A stretch of DNA of 37,704 nucleotides from a virus (IMGVR_UViG_3300049930_000024:1-37704), one strand, 5' to 3'; positions 1 through 8,247 are shown, counted from the first letter of the stretch. The notes: generated by a model from the sequence alone, not told the origin. Translations and numbers: made by a program.

Positions 1-127
1 CTTGACCAGAATTATATCGGTCAACATCCATGCCGTTTTCTTGCGGCAATATATCGTGATCACCCGTAACACCAAATCCGTCAGGAGACTGCGGGGCTAA
101 TCCACCCATGTCTTGGGGCATTTGTCC
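1..127. repeat. Terminal direct repeat copy 1 (circular assembly overlap)
   Basis: Bases 1-127 are identical to 37578-37704 and the portal frame continues across the join. 127 is a common assembler k-mer length. Confidence 0.95.
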
Positions 128-1027
128 GGGTTGTTGTTCAGGATTGGACATATTGGGTTGATTTTGACCACCACCCATTAACAATTGTTCTAATTCCATT
201 TGCTGATTACGCGCGTTTACCTCACGCGATTTTTCAATAAGCTCGTCCATTTCTTCTTGGTTTAACACATTGCCATTGGATAGCTTGTACAACGTATCTT
301 TCTCATACTTACGAACAAAGTGGTTAATGATGGATATTGATTCGTCGTCTGCCCAATTAAACGGATCGTCACTTTCGTTAGGCTGTACAGCGAGCGCTAT
401 TTCTTCTTCACTGGCCGCAATACTAGAGGTTTTTGATATATTTTGCTCCACCTCTTTACCGTAAAGCTCTTTAAATTTAGCCCGGCTCATACGCGCAATA
501 TACCCGCATAGCGTGCCGTCTGTTTTGTTGATTGATTCCGCACCTATATCCCAATAGCAGCGCGTAGCATCTTTAAAGTAATAATAGGTAATATCCTGAT
601 CGAAGGACTTAGCATGTGTATAGTCGGTACCGACGCAAAACGCCCCAAAACCGCCGACCGCGGCCTGTCCTGCAGCTACTTGATAAGCGGTGGTGGCATC
701 GGTTGAGAACATAATATCTTTGGTCATTACTTCGCGAAGGTGGGCTACTTGTTCGTTGCATCCGGTCATGGGGACTACTTGTAACTGCGGGGTGTTTTGT
801 TGTTGCTCGCCAAGAAGGCTGTTGGCCATGGTGCCCAGTTTGTTTGCGGTAAGCGGGACTTTACGAAAGGTTTTAATCATATCGTCCTCTTCGTCTTTAT
901 CCCACTGCGAACCTAGAACGAAATTGTGCATTAAATGATAGAGATCGATATTTTGCTTGAAATAGGCGCGCCATTTTTCGCATGCAATACGCGCTTGTCG
1001 CGCAATTTTCTCGTTCTTTTTGGCCAT
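1..1027 (-). CDS. Portal protein, N-terminal part (P22 gp1-like); continues across the circular junction into 36247-37704, about 785 aa in total
   Basis: ATG at 1027 after an AAGGGA RBS gives MAKKNEKIARQARIACEKWRAYFKQNIDLYHLMHNFVLGSQW. It is open to base 1 and in frame with ORF 36247-37698 (position 121 = 37698). Directly follows the terminase. Missed by the ORF track. Confidence 0.9.
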   Translation of the reverse strand, partial: MAKKNEKIARQARIACEKWRAYFKQNIDLYHLMHNFVLGSQWDKDEEDDMIKTFRKVPLTANKLGTMANSLLGEQQQNTPQLQVVPMTGCNEQVAHLREVMTKDIMFSTDATTAYQVAAGQAAVGGFGAFCVGTDYTHAKSFDQDITYYYFKDATRCYWDIGAESINKTDGTLCGYIARMSRAKFKELYGKEVEQNISKTSSIAASEEEIALAVQPNESDDPFNWADDESISIINHFVRKYEKDTLYKLSNGNVLNQEEMDELIEKSREVNARNQQMELEQLLMGGGQNQPNMSNPEQQPGQMPQDMGGLAPQSPDGFGVTGDHDILPQENGMDVDRYNSGQ

Positions 1028-1069
1028 GTCAGTCCCTTGTTATGTATGTAAATAATCCCTACTTACAAC

Positions 1070-2593
1070 TTAAATCAACCGACCTGCTGTATGGTCGGGC
1101 AAACGGTTGACCTCATAGCCACCGTCCATAACGTATTCACCACCAAAAAAAGTAAGCGTAAACGCATCACCGCAATCAGGCGACAACAAGCCACGCTTCT
1201 TAGCATCGTCTTTGCTTTCAATCTGCAGCTTATCGCTTGAATCATATTTGTAGCCAAGCCCACAAAGGTCGGTTTGTAACTCATCGCTATCCGGTATCTC
1301 AACCGGCATATCTTGTATAAACCACGCCCGCGCCCTATCCCAAAGCTCTGCCCGACAATTTTTATACTGCGCGGCATCTTCGGCACGCGTGGCAACGTTT
1401 ACGCCTAGTACTATTTCAGTGTAACCCAACTCATGCAATCTATCGACTACACCCGCACCTATGCCAATACAGTCAATACACACCCGTTTCGGCTGTTCTT
1501 GCTCGATGATTCGTTTAACAATACCTGCTAAATGCATGGTGTCAATATTGTAATGCGTTTCTAGTTTATAAGCGCGCCGCCCACGACGCCTAATAATGCC
1601 GGTTCGGTCATCACCTTTGCGTGCTGGATCGACCCCTATAACCAAATGAGACTGGCTATCTACCTTATTCTTACGCGCTCTTTGCACGTGCTCAACCTGT
1701 ATAAACGTATCTGTAATTGATGAAAGAAACGCCTCGTCATCGGTAAACGGATATTCTTGGCGAAACTTACGGCACTTTTGCTCATAATCACCCTTAATAT
1801 CCTGCATCTTAATACGACGCCAGTTCAGGTGTCCGGGCTTAAGGCCGTTTTCACCAAACTTGTCTAACCAGTCGCGCTCTTCATCCGTTGGAATAAACGA
1901 CGCGTCATCAATACAGTATTCTTCTTGCCAATACCATGGAACAAAGATGGCTTGATACCGGCTTTTACCGTTCTTTGCCGCTACCCAATCGGCATAAAAA
2001 TCATTGCTTTGCCCGTTGGCAGTTGACTCTTTAATGATTTCCGTGTCGTCAATCTCTGCGACCGTATTCATTAAGCCCATACCAATTTTAGCAGCGTCTT
2101 TGTAAAACGCATACTCAGACAAATGCAAATATTGATTGGTCATGCCGCGTCCAACCTCAACGCTGCCCGCGGTTCCGACGCGATATCCAGACCCTAACCC
2201 ATCGTACATAAGAGTGTTGTCGTTCTTTTTGTCAGGCTGGGGGAATAATGATTTATCAAGGTTTTCACTATAGCGCTTAGTCATCTCAAACAGGGCGCGT
2301 GTTGAGTCGGCGTGGTGAGTTAGAATAAAAGACTTTTTACCGCGCTTAGTGACAGTCTTATGAAAATAACGCGCTTGCACGTAGGTGGACACGCCTTGCT
2401 GGCGGCCTTTAAGTACCAACGCTCTAATTTTACCCGTGGCTTTTAATTGCGCCTCTAAGCGCTCATGAATATAAAGCTGGGCGCGGTTGAATTCAAACTT
2501 ACGCTCAGCCCCGGCTTTATCATGAATAATAAGAAAGTTTTTAGCAAAGGAGGGTAAGGACTTTAATATCCTTATCAGCTTTTCTTCATTCAT
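1070..2593 (-). CDS. terL: Terminase large subunit
   Basis: Walker A-like LKGRQQGVST, Walker B LHLSEYAF, ESTANG coupling motif, RNase H-like nuclease IGVDPARKGDD and SPDCGDA. Confidence 0.95.
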   Translation of the reverse strand: MNEEKLIRILKSLPSFAKNFLIIHDKAGAERKFEFNRAQLYIHERLEAQLKATGKIRALVLKGRQQGVSTYVQARYFHKTVTKRGKKSFILTHHADSTRALFEMTKRYSENLDKSLFPQPDKKNDNTLMYDGLGSGYRVGTAGSVEVGRGMTNQYLHLSEYAFYKDAAKIGMGLMNTVAEIDDTEIIKESTANGQSNDFYADWVAAKNGKSRYQAIFVPWYWQEEYCIDDASFIPTDEERDWLDKFGENGLKPGHLNWRRIKMQDIKGDYEQKCRKFRQEYPFTDDEAFLSSITDTFIQVEHVQRARKNKVDSQSHLVIGVDPARKGDDRTGIIRRRGRRAYKLETHYNIDTMHLAGIVKRIIEQEQPKRVCIDCIGIGAGVVDRLHELGYTEIVLGVNVATRAEDAAQYKNCRAELWDRARAWFIQDMPVEIPDSDELQTDLCGLGYKYDSSDKLQIESKDDAKKRGLLSPDCGDAFTLTFFGGEYVMDGGYEVNRLPDHTAGRLI

Positions 2594-2608
2594 CCAGCTT
2601 AAATCCTT

Positions 2609-2956
2609 TTAATCCACCAGCTTATCAATAAGCATCTCAACCAATTTCTTGTTGGTCACGCCCTCTTCGTCCTTCTCACGCCATTTAGCACGTGTCTTTA
2701 GCCAGAATATCATTGCTGATAGGTCATCACCTTCAGTGGCCTTACGAAACAATTTAGCGGCCACCTTAGCATTGGCGCGTACCACGCTGTTATCCAGCTC
2801 TTCGCGGTAATATTTGGCAAGTGTATCAACGTTAATACCTAAATGCTCAGCAATTTGCTCTTGCGTATTGCCAAAACTTGTAAGCGCGCCAACCTCAGCC
2901 CGCGTCTTATCGGTGGGTTCATGGGGCTTAGACTTCCCTGATTTCGGTCTGGCCAT
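2609..2956 (-). CDS. terS: Terminase small subunit (HTH)
   Basis: HTH (TQEQIAEHLGINVDTLAKYY) and AMIFWLKTRAKWRE motif typical of TerS; immediately upstream of terL. Confidence 0.8.
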   Translation of the reverse strand: MARPKSGKSKPHEPTDKTRAEVGALTSFGNTQEQIAEHLGINVDTLAKYYREELDNSVVRANAKVAAKLFRKATEGDDLSAMIFWLKTRAKWREKDEEGVTNKKLVEMLIDKLVD

Positions 2957-4160
2957 CCTGATCCTCTCTTACGGCATTCTTGCCGCTGTATTGTTCGTAG
3001 CGTTGAATAATGATATCGCAATATTTCGGATCTAACTCCATCATTAACGCACGCCGCTTTGTCTTTTCACACGCTATCATAAGCGTACCACTTCCTGCAA
3101 ACGGATCGTACACATACTCACCGGGGTTCGTATGGTGGTTAATAGAGCGTACAAACAATTCAGCGGGCTTTTGCGTAGGATGTGCGGTTTTGTCTTTCTC
3201 ACATCCAATACTAGGCACATCCCAAACGGTCATTTGGGTGCGTCCCCCTTTCCAGTGTCGCTCCCCTGATTTTTTGACCGCGTACCAGCATGGTTCGTGT
3301 TTCCAATGATAGTCAGAACGCGAGAGAGCGTGGACATTCTTATTCCAAATAATCTGCTGCTTAATATCAAAATTTGCCCGACGTAGGCCGTCCATAACAA
3401 CGTCTGTAAAAGCGGAGGCATGCCAGACATAGGCCACAGAACCTGCAAATAACACATAAGCATCAAACCAGTCAGCCTGATCACCGTTTTTAATGTTCGA
3501 GTTTTCTTCGCGTTCAGTCTTTTTAGACCCCTTCGCTTTGGCGCGCACGTCTGCTTCATACTTCACCCCGTAAGGAGGGTCTGTAATCATCGTGTTGGGG
3601 CTTTGCCCACCTAACAGCCTATCGACATCTGTTGCAACCGTACTATCACCGCATAATAACCGATGGTCGCCAAGCAACCACAAATCCCCCTCTTGACAGC
3701 GTGTTTCGCTAACAACGGGTATATCATCATCACCGCAAAACGCATCGGGTAATTCGTCCGGCATAAACTCACAAAGTTCTTCTAAATCAAAACCTGTTAA
3801 TGTTAAGTCATAGTCAGTTTGTTTTAAAAAGTCAAACTGCTCAGATAATATCGCCTTATCCCACCCCGCATCTAACGCAATCTTGTTATCAGCAATAACC
3901 AACGCGGCTTTTTGTTCAGGGCTTAAGCCGGGCAATACAATACACGGCACTTCGAAAAGGCCTGCTAACAGTGCAGCTTCCAGCCTTCCGTGTCCTGCAA
4001 TAATCGTATTGTGCTCATCAATCAATAACGGGTTAGTAAAACCAAATTCGTTAATAGAGCGTACAATTTTAGCTATTTGTTCGTCGGAATGAGTGCGGGA
4101 ATTAGCACTATATTTAACCAATTCCCCCACTGGAACGCTTTTATAGTCCCTAAGAGCCAT
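2928..4160 (-). CDS. ParB/Srx-domain fused amino (N6A/N4C) DNA methyltransferase
   Basis: N-terminal NSRTHS/GFTNP/IIAGHGRL ParB-like motifs, catalytic TDPPY, HPTQKP and SAM-binding YDPFAGSGT. Confidence 0.92.
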   Translation of the reverse strand: MALRDYKSVPVGELVKYSANSRTHSDEQIAKIVRSINEFGFTNPLLIDEHNTIIAGHGRLEAALLAGLFEVPCIVLPGLSPEQKAALVIADNKIALDAGWDKAILSEQFDFLKQTDYDLTLTGFDLEELCEFMPDELPDAFCGDDDIPVVSETRCQEGDLWLLGDHRLLCGDSTVATDVDRLLGGQSPNTMITDPPYGVKYEADVRAKAKGSKKTEREENSNIKNGDQADWFDAYVLFAGSVAYVWHASAFTDVVMDGLRRANFDIKQQIIWNKNVHALSRSDYHWKHEPCWYAVKKSGERHWKGGRTQMTVWDVPSIGCEKDKTAHPTQKPAELFVRSINHHTNPGEYVYDPFAGSGTLMIACEKTKRRALMMELDPKYCDIIIQRYEQYSGKNAVREDQDGQTEIREV

Positions 4161-4162
4161 GA

Positions 4163-4348
4163 CTATGGCCCTTTCTGCTCGTTACGCTTCTCACCTTTCA
4201 TTTCGCCGCTTGATTCGCCCGGCTCACAATATTTAGGTTGCATTTTGTTTTGAGATTCAACGCGTCTACCAAATTCCGATGGCACACCGTTATAATGTGT
4301 ATTGCCGCTCGCATCCGCAGCGCTTGTATAATCTTTAACGTCGCTCAT
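4163..4348 (-). CDS. Hypothetical protein, first gene of the packaging operon
   Basis: 61 aa with AGGGAG RBS; abuts the methyltransferase. Confidence 0.7.
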   Translation of the reverse strand: MSDVKDYTSAADASGNTHYNGVPSEFGRRVESQNKMQPKYCEPGESSGEMKGEKRNEQKGP

Positions 4349-4422
4349 TTTAAACTCCCTGTAATATAGTAATTATTAATCGATTAATAACTGTTGATAG
4401 GGATAGCCCAACCAACAATGTA

Positions 4423-4451
4423 AAGATAGCACAAACAATTGTTATCCACAA
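4423..4451 (-). promoter_or_regulatory. Predicted leftward promoter of the packaging operon, overlapped by a DnaA box
   Basis: Minus strand TTGTGG-17 bp-TATCTT with extended TG; perfect DnaA box TTATCCACA at 4442-4450. Confidence 0.5.
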
Positions 4452-4548
4452 AAACCGTTAATAACCCTGTGAACAAGTAACCACGCGCCATATAAACAAT
4501 AGCATAAATCATAAGCCTAATTATTTATCATTTATTGTATAACAAGTA

Positions 4549-4577
4549 TTGACATATGTTCCAAGTGTTGGCATAAT
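4549..4577 (+). promoter_or_regulatory. Sigma70 promoter (early, rightward)
   Basis: TTGACA-17 bp-CATAAT with extended TG, followed by an AAGGA RBS and ATG at 4607. Confidence 0.8.
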
Positions 4578-4606
4578 GGCTGCATACAAACAAACAAGGA
4601 AACAAA

Positions 4607-4828
4607 ATGAATAACATTACTTTATACGATTTGATGGCCGAAGATTTAGACGTTTGGGTCAGTAAATCAAAAGGCTTTGGGTTTGGCTTACAAATTGATG
4701 ACGAACACGGCGAACCGCTTGTTGATGAGAAAGGAATTCACCCCGCCGCTGCTGATTCGTTTGCTGATTTTTGCAGACGTTATTTAGCAAGTTATGACAA
4801 AGCAAACAACCAAAGCGAGGCTGCATAA
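4607..4828 (+). CDS. Small acidic hypothetical protein
   Basis: 73 aa, RBS present, first gene after a strong promoter. Confidence 0.75.
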   Translation: MNNITLYDLMAEDLDVWVSKSKGFGFGLQIDDEHGEPLVDEKGIHPAAADSFADFCRRYLASYDKANNQSEAA

Positions 4829-5037
4829 TGACTATTGAACACTACAGTTGTTATAAATATATAATTCATAGACAGGTGCTACCGGTTCAGCCGGGGTATA
4901 CCTATGAAATTCTCTTAAAAGATGATTATATGGGATACCCGGATAGCATTGAATCACAAGAATTCTTCGATACCGAACAAGAGGCTAGGTTTGCAGTAAT
5001 TGGCCATATTGATTTACTTGAAAATGGAGGGAGCTAG
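4828..5037 (+). CDS. Hypothetical protein
   Basis: TAATG coupling with the upstream gene; GAGG RBS. Confidence 0.7.
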   Translation: MTIEHYSCYKYIIHRQVLPVQPGYTYEILLKDDYMGYPDSIESQEFFDTEQEARFAVIGHIDLLENGGS

Positions 5038-5038
5038 G

Positions 5039-5173
5039 ATGCTCAATAAATTAAAATGTTTACTAAAGGGTCATCGTTTTTTAATGGATTATTATCCGGC
5101 GTATGCGTGTTATTATCCGCGCGACAATGATCGCTGTGTTTGTTGTAATAAAGTAAGGGGTATTAATGAATAA
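5039..5173 (+). CDS. Small Cys/His protein (DUF1660-like N-terminus), not in ORF track
   Basis: MLNKLKCLLKGHRFLMDYYPAYACYYPRDNDRCVCCNKVRGINE, 44 aa, with GGAGGGAG RBS; fills the gap between flanking genes. Confidence 0.65.
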   Translation: MLNKLKCLLKGHRFLMDYYPAYACYYPRDNDRCVCCNKVRGINE

Positions 5174-5351
5174 CGATAAAATGAATGAATTTACAAAGAT
5201 TGCGGCACAAATTGGATCGTCAATGGAGGGCTTATTGAACGCGCAAGAATTGTTAATGGATTTGATGTTAAAAGAATGCGCTATGAATGAGGAATTAAAG
5301 CCTCATTTACTAGAGAATATGTATGCGGTTATGGGGTTTAAGAAATTATGA
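5166..5351 (+). CDS. Hypothetical protein
   Basis: Coupled ORF; contains MNEFTK at 5181. Confidence 0.65.
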   Translation: MNNDKMNEFTKIAAQIGSSMEGLLNAQELLMDLMLKECAMNEELKPHLLENMYAVMGFKKL

Positions 5352-5542
5352 ACGAAGAACATATGTTATCGTGCGTTTCATTTTTGCTAGGTAAAACGCA
5401 TGGAGCCATTGTAATGGCATTACAATCAGAGCCAATATCGACAACAGTAGATAAAATAATTGAGTTAGAGGCCGAACTAAGAAAAGAAATAGAACGGCTT
5501 TACTACCCTGTCAATCCGCATAACCCAGAAACACATTCTTAG
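5348..5542 (+). CDS. Hypothetical protein
   Basis: ATGA overlap; converges on the csp gene. Confidence 0.6.
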   Translation: MNEEHMLSCVSFLLGKTHGAIVMALQSEPISTTVDKIIELEAELRKEIERLYYPVNPHNPETHS

Positions 5543-5729
5543 CTACCGGACCCTTGGGCGATGATTCGGCGGTAAAACGCACTTTGTCGCCCTCTTTCAA
5601 ACTTTTATAACCATCACTTTTAATTTCTTTAAAGTGAATAAAATACTCTTTTCCTTGTGATTCTATAAATCCAAAGCCCTTAGGGTCAGAAAACCACTTT
5701 ACAGTTCCATTTTGCATTGTTCTATCCAT
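5511..5729 (-). CDS. csp: Cold-shock domain protein (CspA/CspD family); likely start 5717
   Basis: GTVKWF, RNP1 KGFGFI, RNP2-like [13 protein letters not shown] and KGPVAKNV. Confidence 0.95.
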   Translation of the reverse strand: MDRTMQNGTVKWFSDPKGFGFIESQGKEYFIHFKEIKSDGYKSLKEGDKVRFTAESSPKGPVAKNVFLGYAD

Positions 5730-5774
5730 CTAGTTAATAAAAATCAAATTCTATACGGTAAATCCTGCGCCAGT

Positions 5775-6041
5775 TCAACGCTTGCCCATACCCCTATACC
5801 TTTGCATAGGTAATTCAGGAGCAGGCTTATAGGGATTTGTAAGCCCGTTTGCGTAATCTGGCATTCCGGCATCCATCCAAGCACGTACCGCTATTTCCAG
5901 AACCTCGTCTGGTATTAAGCCGTTTACCATATCGTTTTTGTCATCAATACTCAAGAGGCGCGTTGCAATTAGCTTAGGGCTAACCCCTAGTTTAATTGCA
6001 ACATTGAATATCCGTTTCTGGCATTGTTGTTGCGTTATCAT
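5775..6041 (-). CDS. Hypothetical protein downstream of the initiator (helicase-loader position)
   Basis: 88 aa with AAGGA RBS, overlapping the initiator 3' end; function suggested by position only. Confidence 0.6.
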   Translation of the reverse strand: MITQQQCQKRIFNVAIKLGVSPKLIATRLLSIDDKNDMVNGLIPDEVLEIAVRAWMDAGMPDYANGLTNPYKPAPELPMQRYRGMGKR

Positions 6042-6837
6042 GTTTAAATTCCTTTAACATATCAGCAAGAGATTTCCTATCTCCTGTCTTTACGGCTTGG
6101 TTAATAGCGCGCCCTATTTTAGCGTCTTGTTGGATCTGCGCCTGTTTTTGTTGCTCATATTCTTCGTCTTGTTTGCGGATTGCTTGAGATGTAATGCCTT
6201 TAAAGCCATGAGGCGTCTTCCACAATCCTGATTTTATCAACGGTATTGCCATATTCACCGATTCCATAGGATCGCGTTTTTCTTGAAACTTATCAGCGTA
6301 AAAAATAACTTCATCAACTAACACATCAATTGGTTTTTTCCCTGTAGCTGTTACAAGCGCAGTTACAAGGGTTTTGAAGTCAGAAAAAGAAGAAAAAGAA
6401 GGGGTTTCGGTCTTTGGATTCCTTGGGTGATTCAACTGATGTTTCTTAGTTCCGTTTTTGGAACTACCACTAGTTCCGTTTTTGGAACTGGTACCGGTTC
6501 CGTTTTTGGAACTGGTGGGTGATTTGGCACTAGTTCCGTTTTTGGAACTGGTTAGTGCTGGGTTTTTATGTTCGCGCCCCTCTACACCAACCAGCTTGTA
6601 GACATATACTTGGCGTTTCTTCTCTCCTGTTTTTATCATCTTCCCTTTTTTTTGAAGGGACGTTAAACCGTAATAAATAGTTTTTCTATCAAGTCCTGTG
6701 TCTATTATTAATCTGCTCCACGAAGGCCATGCCTCGTGCGTCTCCCCGGCTCTATCGGCATAAGAAAGCAATATAAGTTTTTCAGATGGAGTAACATCTC
6801 TTTGGCTCCAAGCCCAATTAGTTGCATCGATACTCAT
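5992..6837 (-). CDS. Replication initiator protein (lambda O-like, N-terminal winged HTH)
   Basis: MSIDATNWAW, EKLILLSYADRA, AWPS and TGLDRKTI match phage replisome-organizer N-termini; central iterons encode SSKNGT repeats. Confidence 0.85.
   Translation of the reverse strand: MSIDATNWAWSQRDVTPSEKLILLSYADRAGETHEAWPSWSRLIIDTGLDRKTIYYGLTSLQKKGKMIKTGEKKRQVYVYKLVGVEGREHKNPALTSSKNGTSAKSPTSSKNGTGTSSKNGTSGSSKNGTKKHQLNHPRNPKTETPSFSSFSDFKTLVTALVTATGKKPIDVLVDEVIFYADKFQEKRDPMESVNMAIPLIKSGLWKTPHGFKGITSQAIRKQDEEYEQQKQAQIQQDAKIGRAINQAVKTGDRKSLADMLKEFKHDNATTMPETDIQCCN
6448..6549. repeat. Four origin iterons (A/G)GTTCCGTTTTTGGAACT inside the initiator gene
   Basis: 18-bp copies at 6448, 6472, 6496 and 6532, each a GTTCC-N6-GGAAC dyad; purine-skewed tract at about 6381-6404. 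Confidence 0.9.
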
Positions 6838-7076
6838 AGTTTGAATGCTCTGTTAATTATCTGTGGTGTGGATTGAACGCAGATACCTAAACGATAGGGA
6901 TCGATGCTCTTGAATTGCTCAAAAGATGCTTGACCTTCGGGTGTATTTACAAATTTAATTAGTTCGGAATAAAAGTTAGGGTTTTTATCTACACCCTGTC
7001 TTTGACCTTCTTGATATAAGTAACGAATGAAATGCGATTTTTGAGGATTAAAATAGTTCTCTTTTGATCTTGACAT
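6834..7076 (-). CDS. Hypothetical protein
   Basis: ATGA-coupled to the initiator. Confidence 0.65.
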   Translation of the reverse strand: MSRSKENYFNPQKSHFIRYLYQEGQRQGVDKNPNFYSELIKFVNTPEGQASFEQFKSIDPYRLGICVQSTPQIINRAFKL

Positions 7077-7325
7077 GTTATAATAGCCCCGTCATAACGC
7101 GACAAATACAATGGAAAAGTATTTAAGTCGTTGTATTAGTAAATGTTTAGGTCGCCAAACTTTCTACATTTACACCAAATTTGTTTTAGAGGCAGGACGC
7201 CTCAATCCATATAAAATAATCTTTTTTAACAAAAACTTCTAATAAAAAATTACACATGCTATAGTTTTCCTTGTAACGATTAAAAAATTATTCATAATTG
7301 CCTCCTAAAGTTAATGATGATGATC

Positions 7326-7353
7326 AAAAAAGCCCGGATAATACCGGGCTTTT
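7326..7353. terminator. Rho-independent terminator, probably bidirectional
   Basis: AAAAAA-GCCCGG-ataata-CCGGGC-TTTT. Confidence 0.85.
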
Positions 7354-7357
7354 CTAT

Positions 7358-7531
7358 TTAACCAAAAACACAATCTTTTTGTACCTCTTTAATAAACTCG
7401 GTTAACCACTGCTCCGCTACATGTACATCGCTAATATTAAAAAAGAACGGCTCTGTACTCTTCGGATCGCGATCGTGTACCGAATTGGCCAGCGCCTCCA
7501 GTAGTTGCTGTGATTTTGCATGTAAATCCAT
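7358..7531 (-). CDS. Hypothetical protein (57 aa), not in ORF track
   Basis: AAGGAG RBS; MDLHAKSQQLLEALANSVHDRDPKSTEPFFFNISDVHVAEQWLTEFIKEVQKDCVFG; ends at the terminator. Confidence 0.7.
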   Translation of the reverse strand: MDLHAKSQQLLEALANSVHDRDPKSTEPFFFNISDVHVAEQWLTEFIKEVQKDCVFG

Positions 7532-7542
7532 TTAACGCTCCT

Positions 7543-7755
7543 TTATTTTGTTTTATCGCCGAATTCGTTCATGGCCTTTTCTATATCTAATACTAGTCCA
7601 TCGTTAATGTACCGGTGCAAACACCAGCTAGCCCACATAGCGCGCGCCTTCAACACCTCATTATTTCCTTTGATATGACCAAGTAATGACTCTAAAAACT
7701 TAATGTGTGACTTTAAGCTTTGTTTAGCCTCTTGAATATTGTCTTCTTTACTCAT
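7543..7755 (-). CDS. Hypothetical protein
   Basis: RBS present; in operon with the Cro-like gene. Confidence 0.7.
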   Translation of the reverse strand: MSKEDNIQEAKQSLKSHIKFLESLLGHIKGNNEVLKARAMWASWCLHRYINDGLVLDIEKAMNEFGDKTK

Positions 7756-7769
7756 AACCTTAACTCCGT

Positions 7770-8060
7770 TTATTCAATATACAATCCCAATCCAGTACCA
7801 ACCGCTACCGCCTCCCATAAACTAAAATCAACATGACGAGTAATAACAACGAAAATCATATAAGCACCTATCAAACGTATTGACCGCCCCCACGGAAAAT
7901 TAAAAAACCACGTAGCAAATCGTGCCTGCCAGTGTTGTTTAAATATCTTGTGACGCGCAAACCCTTCTCGAAGCTCTAACTCTTCATACATCTTCATATG
8001 CAATTCGGACATTTCTTTTGTTTTATACGTAGCCCCACATAAACAGATATATTTACTCAT
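7770..8060 (-). CDS. Small protein with N-terminal CxC...H motif and hydrophobic C-terminal segments
   Basis: YICLCG...H, then LIGAYMIFVVI and LWEAVAVGTGLGLYI. Confidence 0.65.
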   Translation of the reverse strand: MSKYICLCGATYKTKEMSELHMKMYEELELREGFARHKIFKQHWQARFATWFFNFPWGRSIRLIGAYMIFVVITRHVDFSLWEAVAVGTGLGLYIE

Positions 8061-8247
8061 TTACTGTCCACTCCGTCTTTAGTTTACCGCGTGTTAATCG
8101 CTCTAATTTATATTGCGCATCTTCAGGTACAAACCCCCATTTAAGCCAATTACCGAGGGTGGATGCCGACATGCCCGTTTCTTTTCTAAACTTATAAGTG
8201 CTGCTATAAAACCGTTTCACGTCTTGTGGTGTCATAGTCATACCCAC
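8053..8247 (-). CDS. Cro-like HTH transcriptional regulator
   Basis: 64 aa, TGMSASTLGNWLKWGFVP and QYKLERLTRGKLK resemble the Cro/YdaS pattern; first gene from the divergent promoters. Confidence 0.75.
   Translation of the reverse strand: MGMTMTPQDVKRFYSSTYKFRKETGMSASTLGNWLKWGFVPEDAQYKLERLTRGKLKTEWTVNE

Noticed and set aside
270-938. Plus-strand ORFs 270-464 and 690-938
   Set aside because: Antisense to the portal N-terminal half that the track missed.
1075-1395. Alternate-frame ORFs nested in terL (and similar ones in the portal, gp10-like and helicase genes)
   Set aside because: No RBS, no lipobox suggesting an embedded spanin, and atypical composition.
2928-4160. ParB domain as a plasmid partition system
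   Set aside because: ParB-methyltransferase fusions next to terS are common in phages, and no ParA is present.
6448-6549. Mini-CRISPR array
   Set aside because: Spacers are only 6-18 bp and the repeats lie in frame within an initiator gene, which fits iterons.
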